Assembly (NCBI GenBank): GCA_029263725.1
Contig: JAJUFS010000003.1
Coordinates: forward strand, 1-62,504
Direction: 5' to 3'
DNA from: Gammaproteobacteria bacterium
GTDB lineage: Bacteria; Pseudomonadota; Gammaproteobacteria; Natronospirales; JAJUFS01
Length of the DNA: 62,504 bases
A model generated the notes under the pieces. It saw only the letters and a list, made by a program, of their open reading frames with translations, made no database searches and was not told where the DNA came from. Both the position numbers and the translations under genes were made by a program. Below, in pieces: positions 32,144 to 40,647 of this stretch (position 1 is the stretch's first letter; each line of letters starts with the position of its first letter).

Positions 32144-32215
32144 TCAAAGGGAAAAGGGAGAAGGAAGAAGGGAAAGACAATCTTCTTCCTTCTCACTTCT
32201 CCCTTCTTGCTCGCC
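32144..32215. repeat. Purine-rich imperfect inverted repeat between convergent genes
   Basis: GGGAAAAGGGAGAAGGAAGAAGGG ... CTTCTTCCTTCTCACTTCTCCCTTC. The GGGAGAA-type motif recurs at 48641-48900. Confidence 0.5.
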
Positions 32216-32620
32216 TCATGTCTCCCCCTCCAACACCCGACACGCCAGCGGCTGCGCGTAGCCGTTGATGGACAACAGGGCATGGAGGTCCTGGGTGTCG
32301 ACCAGGATCGCGCCTTCGGCAGTTTCACCGCTTTCGTTGACGTCAGGCGTCCACTCCAACGCTTCGGCATGCACGCTGAGGTGCCGCCCCGTTTGCAGGA
32401 CCTTGCCCTGGCCTTCCCAGCAGCCGGAGTACATGCAGAAGAAGACGTAGCCTTCGCGGGATACCAGCACGTCCATGGGCGTGAAGGCATCGTCGTTCAC
32501 CGTGCAGCCGTCGGCGGAACAGTGCGCTTCGAAGTCCTGGTTCGTGCAGCGCCACACCTCGGCAGCGGATGACGATCCGCAGGCCAATGCCAGCAGCGGG
32601 ACAAGCAGCATTCTTTTCAT
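32216..32620 (-). CDS. Small secreted Cys-rich hypothetical protein
   Basis: Signal peptide MKRMLLVPLLALACGSSSA. Six further Cys in a 115-aa mature part. Confidence 0.6.
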   Translation of the reverse strand: MKRMLLVPLLALACGSSSAAEVWRCTNQDFEAHCSADGCTVNDDAFTPMDVLVSREGYVFFCMYSGCWEGQGKVLQTGRHLSVHAEALEWTPDVNESGETAEGAILVDTQDLHALLSINGYAQPLACRVLEGET

Positions 32621-32733
32621 GAGAACTCCCTGAGGGGATCCGCCTCGGCAGAATACGGCATTCCGCGTTCGCACGTCTTGAATCGCGCGCCGGCATGCCC
32701 ACTGAACGCAGTAATCCCGGAGGAGGCAAGGCA

Positions 32734-32991
32734 ATGAAAACCGTGAATCTCGTCACCCTGGTGCTGCTCATCGTGGGCGGCATCAACTGGCTGCTCGTCG
32801 GCGCGGCGGACTTCAACCTGGTCGCGGCGCTGTTCGGCGAAGGTTCGGCGATGAGCCGGCTGGTGTATGTGCTGGTCGGTCTTTCGGCGCTGTGGCAGAT
32901 CGCGCCGCTCAGCAAGGCGTTCCGCATCGACGAGCCGCTGGCGGAGCACGGTGCGCATCAGCATCGCACCGAGCGCGTGCGTCACCATTGA
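32734..32991 (+). CDS. DUF378-family small membrane protein
   Basis: AGGAGG RBS. GGINWLLVG...FNLVAALFG motif. Confidence 0.75.
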   Translation: MKTVNLVTLVLLIVGGINWLLVGAADFNLVAALFGEGSAMSRLVYVLVGLSALWQIAPLSKAFRIDEPLAEHGAHQHRTERVRHH

Positions 32992-32995
32992 TGAA

Positions 32996-33856
32996 TCAGG
33001 AAGGCCGGCGCCGCGCCGGCCTTCCTGCCAGCCACACCGACAGCGCAATCACGCTCCCGCCGGCGAGCAGGCGGGCCCAGTCCACGTCGCGGTTCCAGAA
33101 AATGAAGTTCACCAGGATGCCCGCCGGGATGAGCATGTTGTTCATGGTGGCGACTTCCGCGGTGTTCACGCGGCGTATGCCGATGTTCCAGGCGTAGTAC
33201 CCCAGCCCCGACGCGCCCAGGCCGAGCCACGCCAGCACCAGCCATTGCTGCGCGGTCTGCGGCAGCCGCGCCGCATCGCCGAACAGCAGGAAGCCGACAC
33301 CCGAGGCGAGGCTTGCGCCCAGGAAGAAGAACGCCATCACCTGTGCCTGCTGCAGCGCCGAGCCCAGCGGCAGGCGGCGGTAGAACACCTGCCCCGCGGC
33401 GAAGCACAGGTTCGCGGCCTGGATCAGCAGGAAACCCGTCACGGCATCGGCGCTGACGCGGTCGTAGCGGATGATGGCCGCGCCCAGCACCGCCAGCCCC
33501 GCCGCCAGCCACCATTGCAACGGCAGGTGCATGCGCCGTGAAGCCAGCTCATCGATGAGCGTGATCCACAAGGGCGTGAACACGGTGAACAGGAGAAGCT
33601 CGGCTACTTCGAGATAGCGGAAGGCTTCGTACAGGAACAGGTACATGATGCCGAGCTGCACCGCGCCTATGCCGGCGAGCGCAAGCCCCGTCCTGGCCGG
33701 CACCGACCGCCGCCGCAGCAAAGGCAGGAACAGCGCGAGCGCGAGCGCCACGCGCGTGAAAACCGCGAAATAGCCATCCACCTGCCCGGCGAGGTAGACG
33801 TCGATCAGCGAGAAGCTGAACGCCCAGCCGAACGTGACCAGCCACAGCAATGCCAT
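32996..33856 (-). CDS. EamA/DMT-family transporter
   Basis: Ten hydrophobic segments in a duplicated five-TM arrangement. Confidence 0.8.
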   Translation of the reverse strand: MALLWLVTFGWAFSFSLIDVYLAGQVDGYFAVFTRVALALALFLPLLRRRSVPARTGLALAGIGAVQLGIMYLFLYEAFRYLEVAELLLFTVFTPLWITLIDELASRRMHLPLQWWLAAGLAVLGAAIIRYDRVSADAVTGFLLIQAANLCFAAGQVFYRRLPLGSALQQAQVMAFFFLGASLASGVGFLLFGDAARLPQTAQQWLVLAWLGLGASGLGYYAWNIGIRRVNTAEVATMNNMLIPAGILVNFIFWNRDVDWARLLAGGSVIALSVWLAGRPARRRPS

Positions 33857-33868
33857 CGGAATTTCGCC

Positions 33869-34684
33869 TCAGCGCAGGCGGGCGGCGAGCAACAGCGGCG
33901 CGAGCATCAGCAGCACCGTACCGCCTCCGCCGCCCGATCCGCCGCCGGTGACGATGCGGTAATCGTCGGGCCGCTCCCTGACCTTCTGGCGGAAGGCATC
34001 GAGCTCGATCTCGAGGTTGCCGATCATCTGCTGCGCGGCCTGCGTGGTCGCCTCGATGGCATCGAGCCGCAGCTGCTCGCCCTGGTTGATCGGCGTCGAG
34101 CGGCCCTTCACCTCGCTCACGCCGGGCGCGCGCAACAGCATGCGGCGGCTGGCGATGTCGTAGACCACCGTGTCCAGCATCACGGTGGTGGTGTTCTTCT
34201 CACCCGGGACGACGTACGCGCCGATCAGCGTCCAGTAGGTGAACGCGGCCACATCCTGGTCGGTAGTCTGCACCTGGTCGTAGGCCACCAGCGCGATGAT
34301 GTCGATGTCGTACATGGTGGCGAGCTGGTCGAGGTTCGCAAAGCCGCCCTTGGGACGGAGATAGCTGCTCGGGATGATCTCGATGGAATGGATGTACTCG
34401 CGGTCCTTGAAGGCGTCGGCCACCCGGCGCAGCAGCCTGTGCTTTTCGATCTCGGTAATGGTCGTGCTGCGGTACTGGGCGAAGTTGCCGTCACTCTCCG
34501 GCACGAAGGCGATGCCCACGCGCGCCGGCAGCTTGATTTCGGCGATGCCCGGCTGCTCGATCTTCCCTGCCTCGTCGGGATACAGGAAGGCATAGGCGCT
34601 GCTGGCGGTGCGGTGACGGGCGTTGAACGAGGCACAGGCGGAGACGAACGCCACGGCCAGCAACAGGATCAGAAACTTGCGCAT
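33869..34684 (-). CDS. Lipoprotein with GlyGly-CTERM tail (rhombotarget-lipoprotein-like)
   Basis: N-terminal lipobox FVSAC. C-terminus is [26 protein letters not shown], ending exactly at the stop codon. Confidence 0.7.
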   Translation of the reverse strand: MRKFLILLLAVAFVSACASFNARHRTASSAYAFLYPDEAGKIEQPGIAEIKLPARVGIAFVPESDGNFAQYRSTTITEIEKHRLLRRVADAFKDREYIHSIEIIPSSYLRPKGGFANLDQLATMYDIDIIALVAYDQVQTTDQDVAAFTYWTLIGAYVVPGEKNTTTVMLDTVVYDIASRRMLLRAPGVSEVKGRSTPINQGEQLRLDAIEATTQAAQQMIGNLEIELDAFRQKVRERPDDYRIVTGGGSGGGGGTVLLMLAPLLLAARLR

Positions 34685-34751
34685 CCCTACTCTCCTTGCA
34701 TCTAACGCGACGCGGAAGAGTAACGTGCGGCAGCGGTCTCGTCACTCGGAA

Positions 34752-35651
34752 TCAGTCGCCGGCATCGTGCAGGGGGCCGCCGAGACGCTCGCCCTCGGTC
34801 TTCTCGCCCTTGCGCTTGCCCTTGGGGCTGTAGTGTTCGATGAGCGCGTTGATCTCCGAGCCGACCAGGATGACCAGCCCGGCGATGTACAACCAGAACA
34901 TCAGGATGATGACGGCGCCGATGCTGCCGTAGGTGGCGCTGTAGTCGGCAAAGTTGGCCACGTAGATCGCGAAGCCCAGCGAGGCGATGATCAGCAGCAG
35001 CACGCCAATCACGCTGCCCGGCGTGATGAAGCGGAACTTCTGCTCGACGTTGGGCGCGAACTTGTAGATCAGCGCGAAGCCGAGCAGCAGCGCCAGCACG
35101 ATGACGATCCAGCGGAACACGGCGAAGATCGTCAGCAGGAAGTCCGGGATGCCGCGTTGCTCGCCCAGCCAGTCCTCGGCCGCGCCGCCGGCGACGATCA
35201 GCCAGAACGCACCGATCACCAGCAGGCCGAACATGATGCTGAGCGCGAGCGCCACCGCGCGGGCGCGGATGTAGCTGCGCGCCTCGCTGACGTCATAGGT
35301 GATGTTGAGCTGCTGCATGATGGCGTACATGCCCGTGGACGCCGCCCATAGCGTGCCCAGCACGCCGAAGGACAGCAGGCCGCCGCGGCGCTGGCTGGTC
35401 ACTTCCTCGACCACGCGCGACACCATGCTGAAGGCATCCTCGGGCAACGCGGTTTCCAGCACGCTCATGATTTCTTGGTCGATGTTCGCCACCGGCAGGT
35501 AGGGAATGATGGTCATCAGCAGGATGAGCGCCGGGAAGATCGCCAGCGTCAGGTAGTAACCCAGCGCCGCGGCGCCGACGAAGACATTGTCTTCGCTGAT
35601 CTCGCGGTTGAGATCCACAAGGAACTGCCTGAAGGTGATGCCGCGATACAT
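34752..35651 (-). CDS. YihY/BrkB-family membrane protein
   Basis: Six TM segments and the N-terminal FVGAAALGYYLTLAIFPALI pattern. Start at MYRGITF. Confidence 0.8.
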   Translation of the reverse strand: MYRGITFRQFLVDLNREISEDNVFVGAAALGYYLTLAIFPALILLMTIIPYLPVANIDQEIMSVLETALPEDAFSMVSRVVEEVTSQRRGGLLSFGVLGTLWAASTGMYAIMQQLNITYDVSEARSYIRARAVALALSIMFGLLVIGAFWLIVAGGAAEDWLGEQRGIPDFLLTIFAVFRWIVIVLALLLGFALIYKFAPNVEQKFRFITPGSVIGVLLLIIASLGFAIYVANFADYSATYGSIGAVIILMFWLYIAGLVILVGSEINALIEHYSPKGKRKGEKTEGERLGGPLHDAGD

Positions 35652-35763
35652 GGGTGCCCCGCCGCTGGATTCGCGTTCACATTGGGAACGCGGGCGGGAC
35701 AAGTAAATATGGCGATACCACTAGAAGCAAAACGGCGCGGTGAATGCCGCGCCGTTTTACTTT

Positions 35764-36294
35764 TTACTCCGCCGAGTGGACGGGCAATGGACGTCCCGCG
35801 GAAGCGAGCTCGGTGCGCAGGTCCTGCGCCACCGCGTCCGCAAACTTCACGCCCACCAGGCGCCACTGCAGGCCCTCGAAGCGGAACGTGAGCGCGAGAC
35901 GGTGATACTGCACCTCGAAACCGGTCAGCCCCTGCAGGCTTCTCGTCCGCGGGCGCGGCAACTGCACGCGAGCGGTAGCGTTTTCGGCCTCTTCGGGATC
36001 CAGCAGCCTGCCGTTGCGCAGGAAGGCCGCGATGCGTTCGGGCTGGGTGCTGGCGTTGATCATGCTGGTCAGGGCGTTCGCGGACTCGCCCCGAAGACCG
36101 TTGCCCAGCTGGGCGCGGATGGATTCCTGCACCCGCGCGTAATCGATGAGCTTGCCGGCGGCGCGCAGGTCGCCGGCGCGAAACGCGCTTGCCAGGCGAT
36201 CCGCCGTCCAGAACGGCTGGAACACGTAACCGCCCGCCACGAGAAGAATGGCCAACACCGCCAGCAGTGCCGCCTGCACACGTGCGTCCTTCAT
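35764..36294 (-). CDS. DUF2939-like membrane-anchored protein
   Basis: N-terminal TM helix and a soluble domain. The family call is tentative. Confidence 0.55.
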   Translation of the reverse strand: MKDARVQAALLAVLAILLVAGGYVFQPFWTADRLASAFRAGDLRAAGKLIDYARVQESIRAQLGNGLRGESANALTSMINASTQPERIAAFLRNGRLLDPEEAENATARVQLPRPRTRSLQGLTGFEVQYHRLALTFRFEGLQWRLVGVKFADAVAQDLRTELASAGRPLPVHSAE

Positions 36295-36381
36295 TTGCCT
36301 CCCCATTCGCTGTCACGGAAAGGCGCGCACCATGAAGGCGAGGCGGCAGACTGTCAAGGAACTGCGGCGGAAAACGCGGGC

Positions 36382-36717
36382 TCAATCGAGGACGAACCGT
36401 TCCTCGAGAATGGCGAGCACCGCGTCCTCGTGGAGCGCCGTCACGTCCACCTGGCCCAGCAGCTCGTATTGCCCGACGGTGTCCTTCTGGCCGATGCCGA
36501 TGCCGACCGTGCCCGGGATGCGATCCAGCAGGATCAGCACCAGCCGGCGGCCGGAGCGCAGGCAATCGATGTTCACTGCGTCCGCGGCGATGCCCATGGC
36601 GCGAATCGTCGAGCTGATCACGCCCACCTGCGTGGCCGCATGCGGATGCGCTTCCGTGAAGCGGCGGTTCGCCGCCACCGCGATGTCCGCCACGGCATCA
36701 ATGTGTTCGCTTGCCAA
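36382..36717 (-). CDS. Hypothetical protein
   Basis: 111-aa ORF with strong GC3 coding bias and no recognisable motif. Confidence 0.5.
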   Translation of the reverse strand: MASEHIDAVADIAVAANRRFTEAHPHAATQVGVISSTIRAMGIAADAVNIDCLRSGRRLVLILLDRIPGTVGIGIGQKDTVGQYELLGQVDVTALHEDAVLAILEERFVLD

Positions 36718-36938
36718 GAGAATTGCTCATGCATTGGTGAAGCCCGACTTTCTCACAACGGCTGCGTTGGCGCATCCCACCGATTCACACTGCAACGTCG
36801 CCGGAGCGTTGCATCCAGGGCCGGTTGCAGCAGGAATCGGCAGGAACCGGCAAAGGAGTCCCGCATGCTCGCGGCACGTTTGCGCGAATGACATGAAAAA
36901 GCCACGCGCTGCGGGGCTTCTTCATGGCGCGCCGCCTG

Positions 36939-38036
36939 TCACTCCTGCGCGAGCGGCAGGACGCGGTTCACCAGCTCGATCAGCACCTTGCCCGGTTCTT
37001 CCAGCGGCGCGAGATGGGCGGAGTGCTCGAACCATATTCCATGCTTGACCGGCGCCTCGAGCGCGGCAAGCCAGTCGGCGGTCGGCTGCGAGGGCGTGGT
37101 GTAGTCGTGCCTGCCCATGAACATGATCACCGGCACCTGCATCTGCCTGACCTTGCGGAAATCCACCGCTGCCCATTCGTCAAGAATGCGCCCCAGCGTC
37201 AGTTCGCTGCCCGCGTTCAGCGCGGCGCGGTCGGCCGGCGAATACACCGGCGAGAGACGGAAGGACTTGAAGTACTGCTCCGAATCATGGCGGTAGGCGC
37301 TCAGGCCCCAGTAGTACTGCGCCCACTTGCGCTGCTGGCCGACGCGCTCAGGCGTGAACTCCTCGCCCGGGTATGGCGCGAGTGCCTCCAGTTCGCGAAT
37401 CGCTTCCTGGTTGTCGTGCAGCTTCGCCATGCGCAGGGCGTACTCGTAGCCGACGCGCTCGTTCTCTCGCACGCTGATCACCTGGCCGATGCCGACATAG
37501 GCGTGCACCCACTCCGGCCGGCGTCTTGCCGCCTCCAGGCCGATGATGGTGCCCCAGCTGTGGCCAAGCACGATCACCTTGTCCTTGTTGTAGCGCTTGC
37601 GCAGCAGCTCGATCACCTCCAGCGTGTCCGCGACGAACTGCTCAATGTGAATCGTCGGCGCGACCTGTTCCGGGTCATTGGCGTGATAGGTCTTGCCCGC
37701 GCCGCGCTGGTCCCACTGCACGACGGTGAAGAACTCCTCCCAGGGGCGCTGGAAGGTCCATGCCCAGGGCATCACCGGCGCCGCCGGCCCGCCATGCAGG
37801 TACAGCAGCAGCGGATTGTCGCGGTCGCGGCCGCGCACCTGCAGCCACTGGTCGATGCTGCCTATCTTCGCCGTGAACATTTCCTCGACGCCGTTCGGCG
37901 TCACGATGCGCTCGATGTCGGCGATGATCGCCTTCGCATCCGCGAAGGGATCGGCATCGGCGGCCGCGACGGGCGTGATCGACATCGGCAACAGCAAGGC
38001 AAGCAGCGACAGCAGACGTACACGGATTTCTTTCAT
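36939..38036 (-). CDS. Secreted alpha/beta hydrolase (proline-iminopeptidase-like)
   Basis: Signal peptide, HGGP oxyanion motif, and GHSWG nucleophile elbow. Confidence 0.8.
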   Translation of the reverse strand: MKEIRVRLLSLLALLLPMSITPVAAADADPFADAKAIIADIERIVTPNGVEEMFTAKIGSIDQWLQVRGRDRDNPLLLYLHGGPAAPVMPWAWTFQRPWEEFFTVVQWDQRGAGKTYHANDPEQVAPTIHIEQFVADTLEVIELLRKRYNKDKVIVLGHSWGTIIGLEAARRRPEWVHAYVGIGQVISVRENERVGYEYALRMAKLHDNQEAIRELEALAPYPGEEFTPERVGQQRKWAQYYWGLSAYRHDSEQYFKSFRLSPVYSPADRAALNAGSELTLGRILDEWAAVDFRKVRQMQVPVIMFMGRHDYTTPSQPTADWLAALEAPVKHGIWFEHSAHLAPLEEPGKVLIELVNRVLPLAQE

Positions 38037-38223
38037 GGCGGTTCTCGTACTTTTCAGGCCCGGCCTCCTGGCGACTGCGCTCCTTGCAATGCTTGGATGC
38101 TGCAGTGCGTGCTGCGGTTTGAATGCAGGGCAGGCTTCGGGTCACGCAAGGGAAGGTGGAGCGAGGCGGGGAACCGGAGGCCTGCAGCCCCGCCGCTGCC
38201 GAAGCGGCGGGACCGCATGCGTT

Positions 38224-39033
38224 TCATCGCTCGCGGTAATACATCCGCATCGCGATGGGCGCGAACACCACCGTGACCAGCGCCGCCGCGACGAGCACCC
38301 AGAGGATGTCCGTGGTCACGGCGGTTCCATGCATCAGGCCGCGCGCCGCGGTGGTGAGATGCGTCACCGGGTTCAGCGAGACCACGGTCTGCAGCCAGCC
38401 CGGCATGGTGGCCGGATCGACGAAGATGTTGCTGATGAAGGTCATCGGGAACAGCAGCAGGAAGCTCGTGGTCATTACCGACTCCGGCGTGCGCACCAGC
38501 ATGCCGACGATGATCCACAGCCACGAGACCGCCGAGGCGAACACCAGCATCAGCGCGATCGCGAGTATCACGCCAATCACGCCGGCGTCCGGACGGAAGC
38601 CGAGCAGCAGGCCGACGGCCAGCACCACCAGCGCCGCGAGCGCGTAACGCATCAGGTCGCCGATCAGCGCGCCGACGATGGGCGCCGGCTGCCAGATGGG
38701 CAGCGAACGGAAGCGATCGAACAGCCCCTTGGTGATATCCGTGTTGAGCCCCACGCCGGTGTACACCGTGAGGAACACGATGGTCTGCACGACGATGCCC
38801 GGCACCAGGTACTGGAGATAGGCATCCGTCGACCCCGCCAGCGCGCCGCCGAAGAGATAGGTGAACATCACCGTCGACATGATCGGGAAGACCACCACGT
38901 CGAACAGCTGGAACGGCACGTGCTTGATCTTCAGCGCCGCGCGCCAGGCGAGCGTCAGCGCCGCCGAGATCGCGCTCGCCGGCGCGGGACGCAGTTCCGA
39001 TGACAGGACCTTGTGCATGCTGCCGTTGCTCAT
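38224..39033 (-). CDS. ABC-2-type transporter permease (DrrB-like)
   Basis: Six TM segments. 4-nt overlap with the upstream ATPase gene. Confidence 0.8.
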   Translation of the reverse strand: MSNGSMHKVLSSELRPAPASAISAALTLAWRAALKIKHVPFQLFDVVVFPIMSTVMFTYLFGGALAGSTDAYLQYLVPGIVVQTIVFLTVYTGVGLNTDITKGLFDRFRSLPIWQPAPIVGALIGDLMRYALAALVVLAVGLLLGFRPDAGVIGVILAIALMLVFASAVSWLWIIVGMLVRTPESVMTTSFLLLFPMTFISNIFVDPATMPGWLQTVVSLNPVTHLTTAARGLMHGTAVTTDILWVLVAAALVTVVFAPIAMRMYYRER

Positions 39034-39992
39034 GCCGCTTCCTCCTTCTGCGCTTCCTCTTCCGCCGCCCGTCCCGTCAACGCGAAGAACACGTCATCGA
39101 GCGTGGGCTGCGAGAGAGCGAATTCGTTTACCGTGATGCCGGCGGCCGCGAGCGCGCTGAGCGCCTGCGGCGCCAGTTCCTCGCGCGCCACGCGCACCGA
39201 CAGGCGCGCCGCTTCCCTGTCCTCCTGCACCTCGTCGCCGAACACGCCGCGCAGCAGCTGCAGCGCGTCCATGTGCCGGCCGGCATCCGCCACCTGCACG
39301 TGCAGGGTGCTGCCGCCGACGGAACGCTTCAGCTCGCGGCTGCTGCCTTCGGCAATCAGCCTGCCGTGGTCGATCACCGCAAGGCGGTCGGCGAGATGAT
39401 CCGCTTCCTCGAGGTACTGCGTGGTCAGCAGCACGGTCGTGCCCTCGGCGGCAATCGCCCGCACGATGTCCCACACCTGGTTGCGGCTGCGCGGATCGAG
39501 TCCCGTGGTCGGTTCGTCGAGGAACAACAGTTCCGGCGTCACCACCAGGCTCGCGGCGATGTCGAGACGGCGGCGCATGCCGCCGGAAAAGGCGCGCACC
39601 TGGCGGCCGGCGGCCTCCTCGAGCTCGAAGGCCTCCAGCAGTTCCTTCGCGCGGGCGCGCGCGCCGGGCCAGCTGAAGCCCAGCAGGCGCGAGATCATCA
39701 CCAGGTTTTCCTGGCCGGTGAGGTCTTCATCCACGGAGGCGAACTGGCCGGTGAGACTGACCTTGGCGCGCACCTTGTCGGCCTCGCGCACCACGTCATG
39801 ACCGAGCACGCGCGCCGTGCCGCCATCGGGCTTCAACAGGGTGGCCAGCATGCGGATCGTGGTGGTCTTGCCCGCGCCGTTCGGCCCGAGCAGGCCGAAC
39901 ACGCTGCCCGTGGCCACGTTGAGATCGATGCCGTTCACCGCCTTCGTGTCGGCGAAATGCTTCTGTAGAGCGGAGGTTTCGATGGCCAGCAT
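39030..39992 (-). CDS. ABC transporter ATP-binding protein (DrrA-like)
   Basis: Walker A GPNGAGKTT, signature SGGMRRR, and Walker B LLFLDEPT. Start taken at MLAIETS. Confidence 0.85.
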   Translation of the reverse strand: MLAIETSALQKHFADTKAVNGIDLNVATGSVFGLLGPNGAGKTTTIRMLATLLKPDGGTARVLGHDVVREADKVRAKVSLTGQFASVDEDLTGQENLVMISRLLGFSWPGARARAKELLEAFELEEAAGRQVRAFSGGMRRRLDIAASLVVTPELLFLDEPTTGLDPRSRNQVWDIVRAIAAEGTTVLLTTQYLEEADHLADRLAVIDHGRLIAEGSSRELKRSVGGSTLHVQVADAGRHMDALQLLRGVFGDEVQEDREAARLSVRVAREELAPQALSALAAAGITVNEFALSQPTLDDVFFALTGRAAEEEAQKEEAA

Positions 39993-40082
39993 GCCGATTC
40001 CCTTTTGCTGCACACGAAAGCGCACTTATACAGCCGCGCGCTGCCGCTGAAAACTGACGATCTGCTGCCATCGTGGGATTTT

Positions 40083-40535
40083 TCAGACGGGGATATCGAA
40101 GTGCAGCACTTCCTCGCGCACGCCGAGCTTCTCGTACAGTGCGATCGCGGGCGGGTCGACATAATCCGCCTGCACGTAGATCACCCACGCGCCGCGCTCC
40201 CGCGCGATCCCGCGTAGGTATTCGATCAGCGCCGTCGCGATGCCCTGGCGGCGGTGCGCGGCATCGACGGCGAGGTCATAGATGTAGATCTCGCTGCGCG
40301 GCTGCTCGAACTTGTGCAGCTCATACGCCGCAAGCGCGCCCACGACCTTCTCATCCTTCACGGCCGCGAGCGCGATGAAGGAATCGCTGCCGAGCAGCCT
40401 GTTGATGTAGTCATCGCCGGGACGCCGCGTGTTGTACGTCTGCGGGTCTTCGAAAGCCTCTGCGAACACGTCCAGCATCTGGCCGAACAGCCGCCGGTCG
40501 CCCGGCATGATCCTGGTCACGATGAAGGAACTCAT
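40083..40535 (-). CDS. GNAT N-acetyltransferase closely resembling AAC(3)-I aminoglycoside 3-N-acetyltransferases
   Basis: Blocks FIALAA, VVGALAAYELHKFEQPRSEIYIYDLAV, HRRQGIATALI, YVQADY and ALYEKLGVREEVLHFDI match my recollection of AAC(3)-Ia almost residue for residue. Confidence 0.75.
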   Translation of the reverse strand: MSSFIVTRIMPGDRRLFGQMLDVFAEAFEDPQTYNTRRPGDDYINRLLGSDSFIALAAVKDEKVVGALAAYELHKFEQPRSEIYIYDLAVDAAHRRQGIATALIEYLRGIARERGAWVIYVQADYVDPPAIALYEKLGVREEVLHFDIPV

Positions 40536-40602
40536 TCCCGCTCCCCTCCCGAGGTCAAGGAGGGTTCATTCTAGCGGCAGGAAAACCGCCTCCGTGAGAG
40601 CA

Positions 40603-40634
40603 AAGAAAAAACCCCGCCGGAGCGGGGTTTTTTG
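40603..40634. terminator. Bidirectional rho-independent terminator
   Basis: AAAAAAA-CCCCGC-CGGA-GCGGGG-TTTTTT. Confidence 0.7.
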
Positions 40635-40647
40635 ATGAGCGGCTCGC

